Shown here in pieces: positions 1 through 10,090 of a DNA stretch of 48,954 nucleotides. The notes under the pieces were generated by a model. That model was given only the letters and a program-made list of their open reading frames with translations, searched no databases and was not told the origin of the DNA. The position numbers were made by a program, and so were the translations under genes. Origin of the DNA: Octopus bimaculoides (taxonomy: Eukaryota); NCBI RefSeq assembly GCF_001194135.2, contig NC_068984.1, forward strand, positions 144,144,556 through 144,193,509, written 5' to 3'. Positions within the stretch are counted from its first letter, which is position 1. The number at the start of each line of letters is the position of its first letter.

Positions 1-889
1 TTATCATGTCTGCTTTTCAATGGGGGACATAAATGTAATCAGTACCTTTACGAAAGCCTCCTCTTACTACTACCGTTTCCAGTAGATGCCAAATTCACGA
101 ACGTATTGTTCAAATATCTGCAATAAAAATGCAATCACGATGTAAAGTCTCTTTCACACCCAAACGGTGGCGGTGAGGGGAGGAGGGGGAGGAGGCAGAT
201 AAGTTGAAAAGGCGTCTCGCTTTTCTACGAAACGACTCCACACAAAGATGACACGACAAACGTCCATTTTGGAAAGTAACCCAATATTTTTTACGAAACA
301 CCCGAGCTCGCCAAAAGTCACGTCCCTTCGACTCAAAGCACAACCGTAAGAGCAACAACAATAACGACGACGATGATGTTGATGATGATGATGATGATGA
401 TGTTGATGGTTTCTTTTATTTACCAACAAGGCGAATGATTAAGGATGACTCAATAACAAAGACAGACACAAGGGGCTGTGGGGGGAAGGAGCGGGGGTGT
501 TTACATTGCAAAATGAATAAGAAACACGTGGAATATAAATATGAATGGAATAAGTAATAAAGCGAAGTTGTATAACCTCGTGGTTGGAGTGTTGTTCGCA
601 AGATCGCAGTTTCGATTCCCGGTTGGGCAGCGCGTTAAGTTCTTGAGCAAGACACTTCATTTCACGTTGCTCCAGTCCACTCAGCTGTAAACGGATAGCC
701 CTGCGACGGACTGGCGTTCCGTTCAGGAGGGAAGGTCGTGATCTCGGTCATGAAAACAAGGTTACTGGCATTATGAGTCCTGGAACTTGAGACTGCAATA
801 TATCCAAAACATTTGAAGAAGGAACTGCACAGGTTCAAGAGTCCGTGAACGCCAGGAGCAAGTCTCCTCTTCAACAGACGGTCTCCAGC

Positions 890-1030
890 CAATAACTGTA
901 TTTCGTATATTTAGAACTATTCCTTCCACTCCTGCTATTTTTCGCTTATAGCACCATGTTTCAATAAATACCCTTGAGAACACCAATTCCTTCCATTTCA
1001 ACCGAAACTGAAAAAAGTCGACGATGAGAG
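890..1030 (-). mobile_element. Possible C-terminal remnant of a Tx1-like ORF2
   Basis: FFQFRLKWKELVFSRVFIETW...GIVLNI resembles recalled Tx1-type ORF2 tails. Recognition from memory only. Confidence 0.3.
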
Positions 1031-1056
1031 AGGAGGAAGAGGAGGAAGAGGAGATG

Positions 1057-1977
1057 GCGGAATGCTTGAAGAAGATAGACAAGGCTTTGGAGGAAAGAAG
1101 CTTTGCTGCGGCGACGGAAGAAGAGTGCGTAGACGTAAGGCTGGAGGACATAAAATAAGTTTAAAGGAATGCTTGAAGGAGAAGGGAACGAAGTGAAGGT
1201 GCCCCCTCCCCTGCCCAAAGAAGTTTTGAAAGAAACTGCGGAAAAAAAATAGTAATATATCGAATTTACTCAGTGGAAGCCAGAAAAGTTGAAAATACGT
1301 CAATGGTACAAGTAGAAAAGGCGTTGAGACCAGTCTAGCAAGGGATTTTGTACCTTGCCAGAGGAAAGAAAATTGGAATGGTAGAGGTGCGGTTTCGGGA
1401 AGTAGTTACCGGCAGGGTGCATTCAGCAACACCGCTGAAAACTAATGAGGTAGTTCTTCTGTCCGTTTACCTTGGCAGAAGTAGAGGGAATACTCCCAGA
1501 GGTTGATGTAGCCTGGCTGCTAGGCGTGAAGGAGAAGGTGGTGGTCCTCCAAGCCACCAGAACTCCCCCATAGGAATTGGCAGGGACAAACCCTGGATAT
1601 GGTAGTGCAAGTCGCTGAAGAAGATTTGGAAAAGACGGTCGAGAATATAGCAGTTGGAAACACAACGTTGAAAGTTAGTGGATGGAAGGATACCGAGATG
1701 CTACAAATGTGGACTGAAAGGCCACATTAGATCGGAGTGCCCTCCACCAACAGAAAAGACTAAAGAGCATGAAAAAGTGGTGGATGCCCCAAAGCCCGTG
1801 GAGGAGGAGGTAAGAGATGTGGCACTGCAGAGTACCAGTATCGAAGAAGAGGAGACAAGCACCAACTGGGAGATAGCAGGAAAGAAGAGGAAAAAAAGGA
1901 AGCCACATGCCTACCCGGCCCTCACCCACACCCACTCCCTACAGACACCAACCCTCTCCATGCCCCACTTGACATGA
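1057..1977 (+). mobile_element. Decayed gag-like ORF1 of a non-LTR retrotransposon (Tx1/L1-like) with CCHC zinc knuckle
   Basis: CYKCGLKGHIRSEC (CX2CX4HX4C) at about 1699-1740, preceded by frameshifted and stop-containing coding-like sequence (VEVRFREV..., NWQGQTLDMVVQV...). Confidence 0.65.
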
Positions 1978-2149
1978 AGACAAGCACACAGGAGCCCCAA
2001 ATTTCCCCACCCTCGCCCTTGAAAAAACATGATATATTGTATAGTTGAGAAAAGGAAGAACTATGACAAAACAGACTTGTGGGACAATGCTATAAAAGTG
2101 GGTGTATTATAACCTCGGACCAACCAAAGACATGTGACAGGATATAGTA

Positions 2150-2390
2150 GAGGGAAACTGAAAGAAGCCCGTCGTGTGTGTGTGTGTGTGTGTGTGCGCG
2201 CCTTTGTCCCCCACCACCGCTTAACAACCGGTGCTGGTGTGTTTACTTTCCCGTAACCTAGCGATTCGGCAAAAGAACCGATAGAATGAGTATCTGGCTA
2301 AACAAATAAACAGTTCTGGGATCGATTTATTCAACTAAAAAAATCTCCCAGCATGGCCGCAGTCTAATGACTGAAACAAGTAAAGGCTAA
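2150..2390 (+). mobile_element. Family B SINE, 3' half
   Basis: GAAACTGAAAGAAGCCCGTCG-(GT)n...CCAGCATGGCCGCAGTCTAATGACTGAAACAAG. Confidence 0.8.
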
Positions 2391-2639
2391 ATATTTTAAA
2401 GAAATTCGTCTCAAAGTGAAAAACGAGGGATCGAATCACTGAAGCAAATTTAATAAACAGTTTTTACCCCCAATTAGACAGACACTCCTCTGGTATATTA
2501 TATTAACCAGGTGAAGTGGGACACACATCCTCCTGGCTATTCAAACAACTTCCTTGTTGCTCTTTTTCTTAATATATTCGTTTATAATTTAATTTTTGTC
2601 CTCTTTTAGATTAAACCACCTGCCACAGGAATTTCGGCT

Positions 2640-3080
2640 GCCTTTGTGTGCATGTGTGTGTGGGTGTTTGCAGACGTATATATGTGTATATGTTTGAGTG
2701 CGTGTATGTGTGCGTGCGGATGTGTGTATGTGTGTATCTGTGTATATGTTAGTGTGAATGTTAGTGCGTGTATGCATGTGTGCATGCGGATATGTGTGCA
2801 TGTGCAAGTGTGTGTATATGTGTTTATGTGTGAATGTTAGCGCGTGTATGTGTGCGTGCGGATATGTGTATGTAAGTGCGTGTATCTGTGTATATGCGTT
2901 TGTGTGTATATGTTTGAGTACGTGCGGATATGTGTATGTATGCAAATGTATCTGTGTATATGTGCTTATGTTTGTGTGCGTATGTGTGCGTGCGTGTGAA
3001 TGTATGTGTTTGCGTGTTGCCGTGCATGTTTGTGCGCGTGTATGTGTTTGTGTGCGTGTGTGAGCTGTGTGTGCGTGTGC
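2640..3080. repeat. Compound degenerate (TG)/(TGCG)/(TATG) microsatellite with higher-order units
   Basis: Recurrent GTTAGTGCGTGTATGTGTGCGTGCGGATATGTG blocks. Explains the spurious His/Thr and Val/Cys ORFs. Confidence 0.95.
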
Positions 3081-4139
3081 GCGTACCTGACTGCATGTGC
3101 TATTGTTAGTGGTATGTAGCCCAAGGTGAACCGTCGCCATCCCATCTGTTTGTGTATCAGACACTACACACAGACAGACAGACAGACAGACAAGTTGTAG
3201 GTACGTCTGTTTGTCTGCCTGCCTGTTTATGTGTCAGCATGTTGTTGTTGTTGTTTTTTAACCCCTGGCAGACCTGTATTAAGACCCATAGAGGCCTTAA
3301 AGCCCTAAACACTTAAGATCTTGGTGACCCTGTGTATATGTAATTCAAAATATAAGCAACAATAATCCACAAAATAAATTATTTTTCAAAATGAAACAAA
3401 ACAATGACAGAAAAATAATCTTTATTTTTGTATAAACTTCCACTTTTTATTAGAAAAATTTTCTATTTTATTTTATTTGACACCATGAACACTTCGAGAT
3501 TATATTCCCGATCATACAAACCATTTTGAATATTACTTTAGCAAATTTAAGGTGATTTCTTTTGTGCCGTAAACCATCTACCATTTCTGTGGTGCCCCAC
3601 CCCACACACATGCACACTTTCCTTGATGAATTAAATACACGCTTATTTTGCTTAATGGTTAATCCAGCGCTGACTACAGGCCGCTGATGATCATCTTATT
3701 AGGTTGTATATATATATATATATATATATCGTGTACGATATTATCCAAGTTGTTTGCATTTTTTTCAGAGTGCATGATTGACTTCAAAGAGATTTAACTA
3801 CTGATTCTAGCAAGTCGAGGACCGCATTGTCAAATGCGCGCGCGAGCGTGCGTGTGTTTGTGTCGCAGGAACGTTAATTACTTCATTCATTCTTTCATTA
3901 TGGCTGACTTCTATAGCCTAAAAGTTTTGAGATGGAATTGACACAAAATTCCTCTTAATGAAAACTCTTATAAGGTGGGCAACTTTGGAGCGACCTCAGC
4001 GAAAATTTAGTTTATATAAATAAGACCCCGACACGTTACAGCAGCATAATTTGCTGCTGTAACGTGTCTAGGAAAGAGATGATGATTTGGTTTAATCCAT
4101 CGTATAAATTTGCAGTCACCACGAACACAGGCGAGAATT

Positions 4140-4310
4140 TTCAACTTGAACGAGATCTTCCGGAGGCTTGTGTAAAATCTGTAAAATTGGTCTTCAATGG
4201 GATATTCCACATAAAGTATTGTCCGATAATGTTCCTGGGATCAATTGTCTGATCAATACATCCTTTACCTGTCCTGAATCCTGCTTTCTTTTCCCTCGGT
4301 TTTTTGACCG
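4140..4310 (-). mobile_element. LINE reverse-transcriptase fragment (RTE/CR1-type)
   Basis: KAGFRTGKGCIDQ...RNIIGQYFMWNIPLKTNFTDFTQA matches the RT consensus QAGFR.GRSC.DQ...R.IIE....W..PL...F.DF.KAFD. Confidence 0.75.
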
Positions 4311-5434
4311 AGGCTGATTCAATCCATTTAACTCTTTTTTGTCTTTTACTTGTTTCATTCATTTGGTTGTGGCCATGCTGGGGCACCACCTTGAAGTTTT
4401 GGCCGAATGAGTCCGCCTTAGTTCTTATTTTTGTTAAGCCTGGTACTTATTCTATCGGTCTCTTTGCTTTGAATTTGCTTCAGAAAGAGGTCTATGTTTG
4501 TGATGGTTAGTTAAGGTGTTTGTGATGGTTAGTTGGGGTGGGGGCGTTAGGAGTGTGGCTTGGATGTCAAGGGGGCGGCAACTCGAAAGAGTTTGGGAAC
4601 CACTGCTGCACTAGGCCATGTGCTTCCACGCAAATCAATCTTGCTAATTTGGCTGAATATTAGTTTGTCAATAATTTAAAGAGATTGATGTGGTGAGCAG
4701 GCAGAATCGTTAACACGTCAGACAAAATGTTTAACAGCATTTCGTCCGACTTTACACTCTGTGTTCAAATTCTGCCGAGGTTGACTTTGCTTTTCATTGT
4801 TTCGTGGTCGATAAAATAAATACCAGTTGTCTAATGGGTCAATATTATCGACTTAACCATTCCCCGAAATTGCTAGTCTTGTACCTAAATTTGAAACCGA
4901 TTTAAGGAGAGATTAGTATGAAGTTATATTTTTAAGCAGGCTGTCAGAGCAATCTCCTTATTTTTCTGTGCGCCAAGAGAATAAGATATATTCAAACACA
5001 AACACGTTACAACTTAGTCTAACTCGATTAAGTTGTGTGTCTGCAACAGCAAAATAGCCCTGGTTTGCTTGTTACCACGGTGTAAGGACACAAGGCTATA
5101 TATGTAACCAACTTTTACAATGATATAAATCAAATTGAAAAGATAGAACAAGATTAGGATTTTGGGGTGGTTTCACCTGACAAATTATCAAAGGAACTTG
5201 TAAAATATTGCTTATGTCATTCCAGATGGCATGAAGGAGAGTGGGACATGGTAGGAGAAGGCAACAGTGTTTAAAACGAATGACAATCAAGGTGAAGATC
5301 CGGTTGACTTACTAAGTCACCAATTAAAACCCAGAATAGAAAATCTAATGAAAAGTAAATAGAAAATAGACACAATATAATACCCTGAAATAAGATCGAA
5401 TTGAATGATATTTTGTGAAATGTTTAAACATATA

Positions 5435-5600
5435 GGCGTTGGCGTGACTGAGGTAAGGGGCTTACTTCTCAACTAAATGGTTCTGGGTTCAATCCTATGC
5501 GTGGAACTTTGGGCGTCTTCTATAGCCTCCGACCAATTAACGCCTTGTGAGTGAACTTGGTAGATGGAAACTGAAAGAAGCCTGTCGTATATGTATATAT
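5435..5600 (+). mobile_element. Family B SINE, 5' half
   Basis: GGCGTGACTG...GGTTCAATCC...GCCTTGTGAGTGAACTTGGTAGATGGAAACTGAAAGAAG. Confidence 0.7.
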
Positions 5601-5889
5601 ATATGTTTATATATTCTGTGTGAAGGCGCATGTTTCTAATTTTCCTTCGATTTTTTCTTTCTGTAAATCTATGTTGTTAATAAAATGTCCATTTTGAAAG
5701 CAAACACATAAAAATAATAAATCAAAATCGATATATTGCTAAAACGAACCCGTTTCGTTTTTGTATCCCGAAGACAAAATTAAAATTTGAAAAATTCAAC
5801 TTGATAACAAAGAATGTGTTTTTTTATATTTATAATTTACTTTTTCTCAATGAAAAAAATTATAACAACAATAATATCAATGATTTCAA

Positions 5890-6125
5890 GTTTTGGCACA
5901 AGGCCAGCAACTTCGTGGATGGGGGTTAAGTCGATTACATCGACGCCAGTACTCAACTGATGGTTATTTTATCGACCCCGAGAGGGTGGAAAACAAAGTT
6001 AACCTCGGAGGGATTGCCTTCCATCCGTTGGAGATCGATTAAATGAAACACCAGTCAAGTATTTGCAGGTCCCGTGGTATCGACTTATTCCCCGCCTCAA
6101 AATTACTGCCCTTATGCCTAAATAA
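5890..6125. mobile_element. Two abutting, oppositely oriented partial family C SINEs
   Basis: 5890-6015 is a minus-strand copy and 6016-6125 is a plus-strand copy of the same 3' region. Confidence 0.7.
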
Positions 6126-6222
6126 GAAATGAGTATTATTTTTAATAATAATAATGGTAATAATAATGATAAACAAGCATGTTTCAAAACAAAACGCGAA
6201 GGAGGACGCCCCATGAAAAACT

Positions 6223-6876
6223 CTACTCGTTTTTTTTACAAAGTCCACACATTTCCATGGAAACGTCCCACATTTTCTGGGCTAGTTGTTTGTCTTTCGC
6301 ATAAGGACTCAAATTTTGAGAAATTTTCATGTTTTCAAAATATTGACCAGACATGTCCTCCAAGTTGGGATCCATAGCCAAATAGGCAACAGTCAAAGCG
6401 GCATCTCTAGGTAACATGTTAAATTTTCTAGATATCAAATCGAAAAAACGGGAGACTATCTTCGCCAGCATCTTCTGATCTGTTGTTATCTTGGAACCAG
6501 ACCCAGTGTGAACACTGATTGTGCTCACTTGATAATCTTTCAGTTTTTCGCTTAAGATTTTAGCGTGCCAAATCTGAGCCAACTTGCTCATGTTATAACC
6601 AAACAGGTTTGGATATTTGATGTCTGATTCTTGTGTTAGTTGTCGTGAAAAATCTGGTTCTTCTTTGAGGAACGTGTCACCACACGGAATAACGTTGATA
6701 ACTCGGCTGGGAGAAGATTTCTTCAGTAGATCGATCAGTAAATAGGTTAACAGAAATGGTCCCACGTAATTAACGCCAAATACATAATCGTACCCTTGTT
6801 TCGTTAATTTAAAAGGACTTAGTCCTAATCCAGCGTTGTTGAACAATACATCAATTCGATCTTCCGATGCAGTGAT
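6223..6876 (-). CDS. SDR coding exon 2 (ITASEDRIDVLFNNAG...YNMSK...CKKNE*)
   Basis: Acceptor ttgttttgtttctgttttcAG (phase 0). NNAG, FGVNYVGPFLLT, YxxxK (YNMSK), SGQYF and A.KLW..S motifs. Spliced product is about 350 aa; intron is 2021 bp. Confidence 0.92.
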   Translation of the reverse strand: MTASEDRIDVLFNNAGLGLSPFKLTKQGYDYVFGVNYVGPFLLTYLLIDLLKKSSPSRVINVIPCGDTFLKEEPDFSRQLTQESDIKYPNLFGYNMSKLAQIWHAKILSEKLKDYQVSTISVHTGSGSKITTDQKMLAKIVSRFFDLISRKFNMLPRDAALTVAYLAMDPNLEDMSGQYFENMKISQNLSPYAKDKQLAQKMWDVSMEMCGLCKKNE

Positions 6877-6980
6877 CTGAAAACAGAAACAAAACAACAA
6901 AGCTAACAACAAATTCCGAATACAAATGACTAACTCTTTGAATTAACGTTTGATGGGGTTGTGTATACCGCAGTCATATG

Positions 6981-7127
6981 CACTAGCGTAGCCAGAGGGG
7001 GTGATAGGGTCGGTCCACCCCGGGCGGCACTTTTGGGTCAACTGTCAGCAATATGTTATTTCGGTTAATATCTAGATCCGCACCCGGATGGGGTCTGGGA
7101 GCGGCACACACTCTAGCTACGTTAGTG
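6981..7127. mobile_element. hAT-type MITE (147 bp) in the SDR intron
   Basis: TIRs CACTAGCGTAGCCAGAG / CTCTAGCTACGTTAGTG with an exact 8-bp TSD GTCATATG (6973-6980 and 7128-7135). Confidence 0.9.
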
Positions 7128-8897
7128 GTCATATGTACCCTTAATGTAATTCTCAAGGACCATCAGCCTAACACGTTATGTGAACATGGTAGATCTTTCA
7201 ATTGCAAGTGTAATCCACCCGACAGACTTCTAAACACTTTCTGCCCACCCAAATCCACCCAAAGTTTGTTGATACCTGGAGTTGTGATAAAATACCTAAG
7301 ATACTTAGCTGTATGATCGAACCCGGAACCTCGTGATTACCAAACGAACTTCTTAACTAGTCGATATGCTGCATTTGTCTTTAGCGCGATTACTTACAAT
7401 ATTTATATCGCCTCGCTATTTCCATCGGTTTGATCTCCGATTGTCCTCAGGCAACAATTAATCAGAGGACAAATATCCGTCGAATGTAAATAATCTAGAT
7501 AAAACGAGTCTGACAAAATGGTGGCGTTTTATTAAGATTATAAGCCAAGGAGACAACGTTCCTCACGGTCAATTAGCAGGGGTGGTGGTCAGAGCGTCTT
7601 TGCGATATTTGTTCTAGCTGTTATTTGAGAGAAGCTTATCAGCTATTTCTAGCGGTGCAGAGGTTGCCTCGACAGCCAGAACTTACAGTGTGTCAGGGAA
7701 TGGGTATCAATGAGATAGGCTTCTTTTGGATATTGCCCGTGGTGGATATGATGTCTCGCAAGAACGATATCGTAACAAATGTAAAATTAGTACCAGATTG
7801 TGACTTTTACTTAAAAATAAACGATCAGAAATTGTTCCAATCTTGATGTCCTGACGCTAAAGAAAGGGGCTCAGTTATGGGTCTTACATAAGTTTTGTGG
7901 AGGGGTCAGCAATTGATCAAAGCTGACATGTGATGCTACGTTGTCATCAACCAGCCCCATTAAGGGACATTTTCAAAATGCATTTCTATAGAAGTGACGC
8001 ACGTTTTAACATGAGGGTGTAAATTGCGTGTGGCTGACATCCGAATATAGAATATTAAGAAGTATTGAACAGTAATATGATCTATGAAGCAGCATGTTTG
8101 ATCGAAAGCGATAAGAAATAGATCATGAATGTACAAAGTGTGGCAGACACCAGTGAGCCTTGAAGCAAACACACTTCTGTCGTGATTATTCTATCCTAAT
8201 TTTCATACATAATGTATCAATGACTACATTATCCAATGTATTCTTCCTTGAGGAAGATTTGGTTGTTATTTCTAGCAAGCTGAGCGATCACATAGAGGCT
8301 TCCTTATAGGATTATCATTCAGGTGTCAATTTTCAACTGTTTAAAGGAAATATTAACCACATTGATCCCATTGTTTCTGAGGACATGTGAAGGCCATGGG
8401 CAGTTTCTCTGTAAGTCAAGGGAACAACTTTCCTCACTGGACAAGGGCACAGCTTTCCTCACTGGTCAAGAAGACAGCCTCTCGTTACAAGCCATGGAAT
8501 CGGCCATTCCTATGGGCCATGGATATAGCTCCTTCCTAAAGACCGACCCTTTTAAAAAATAACAAAATTATCATCTAAATAAGAGGTGAATGGGGTTCAT
8601 AGTTGCAGAACTTGAGGGACCCGTGCCAAACTAGGTTCAAAGCAATCTGAATTCACTTGATAACCTTTTATCTTTCAACAAGACATTTTATTTTTAAAGA
8701 AGAAATGAGATGTAGTGACATTCATGCCTTTCTCAGAAGTTCAGTGGTTCAGTAGCTTACTTGAAATGGATAAACATAATAAATCAGGAATGGAAACCAA
8801 TCGAACAGTTCGATTTACAATGAGTTTAGCTCCATCTCATGACAGTTTAACGTAAATGAATAAAACCGAATACACAAAGAATATTTTAAAAACTCAC

Positions 8898-9296
8898 TTT
8901 TTTAGCACATTCTCGGACGCTGTTGAGGTCTATAAAATCCAAATGGACAACGCTTAACATTTTAGGGTCTATACCGGTTGAATTTCGAATTTCATCGGCG
9001 ACTTCCTCCGCTTTAGATATATTCCTACAGGCCATGATTACTTTGGCACCCTGCGCAACAAGATACTCGGCAATGGATCTACCTGTACCCGAAGTAGCTT
9101 CAGTAATAAGTATCGTTTTCCCATCCATTCGGAAGTAGTTTTTATGGCACTTGAAATGATAATGATATCGGATTTTCATCGCAATTTTGGAGAGAATATA
9201 CAAGCAACACGTTGTGACTATACACAACAATATCGTGTAGAAAAGCATCGTAAAGATTTTTCCGTTTCTATCGAAATAATTCACTGCAAGTGACAT
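8898..9296 (-). CDS. Short-chain dehydrogenase/reductase (RDH11-14/WWOX-like classical SDR), coding exon 1
   Basis: N-terminal hydrophobic anchor (MLFYTILLCIVTTCCLYIL), KTILITEATSGTG, KVIMACRN, VHLD. Donor AAA|GTGAGT at 8897 (phase 0). The start could instead be the ATG at 9248. Confidence 0.9.
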
Positions 9297-9609
9297 TATT
9301 ACTTTTTAAAAAATGTTGCAAGCGCCGTATATTAATATATCGAACTAATAACTCTCTCCGTCTCTCCTTTAGCTAATTCGAACGTCTGCTTCAGACAATA
9401 TCAAAAACACAAATGTCTTAACGGATGAGGAAATGTTTTCTTTTTTTAAAAAATGGAAGAGAAAGTATTTAAATTCTGTTTCAGTTGTAGAGACGCAGCA
9501 GAGTGAAACATGTTTGGAACGTGACGATCTTCCACTCGGTATGCATCATCATCATCATTTACGTCCGTTTTTCTATGCTTTGTACGTATTTGTGTGTCAA
9601 CAACGAAAC

Positions 9610-10090
9610 AAAACTATCTGTTTATAAATCTGTTGTGTTATACTTCTCTGAAACTTGGACACGTCACAAACATCACTTTGAACTCTTGAGACGATTCTAT
9701 CAAACATGTTTACGTCATATGCTGAAAATAAAATGGAAACCTTTCAAACCTGACTCCGATGTTCCAGCTACATCTGGTCGCTTCCAAGCAATAAATTTGA
9801 AAAATCAACTGCGGTGATCTGGAAATATTGTCTGCACGGAGGACGAGCCAACCTTAAAGCAATTGTTCTCTGGTGAAATTGTTCAGGAAAATAAAGTGTG
9901 TGATATAAAGAAAAGGTTCAGGCAATGGATCGCCCAGCCTGGTGTTGAAAAATATAGAATGGTGTGGAAACGTTTGAGCAAAACAGGATAATACAAGGAA
10001 AATAAGAGAAAAAACAACCAGTTAGGAAACATGAACTTGATTGACGTTTTTTCAATTTGTACATATTGTGATAAAACCTGTCTGTTTGGA
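9610..10090 (+). mobile_element. RTE-clade LINE fragment (post-RT C-terminal region), frameshifted
   Basis: KLSVYKSVVLYFSETWTRHKHH...RFYQTCLRHMLKIKW...NQLR, followed by KQLFSGE..., matches the RTE pattern K..VY...V...LLY..ETW......L..F...CLR.IL.I.W. Confidence 0.8.

Noticed and set aside
154-429. Poly-His ORF
   Set aside because: It derives from a (GAT)n repeat and has no domain or splice support.
2589-3164. 191-aa His/Thr-rich ORF and overlapping Val/Cys-rich ORFs
   Set aside because: They are translations of a compound (TG)n microsatellite.
3269-3672. hAT MITE with CAG.CC.G.ATTAA-type ends
   Set aside because: The TIR match is partial and the flanks share only 5 of 8 bases, so it is not listed as a feature.
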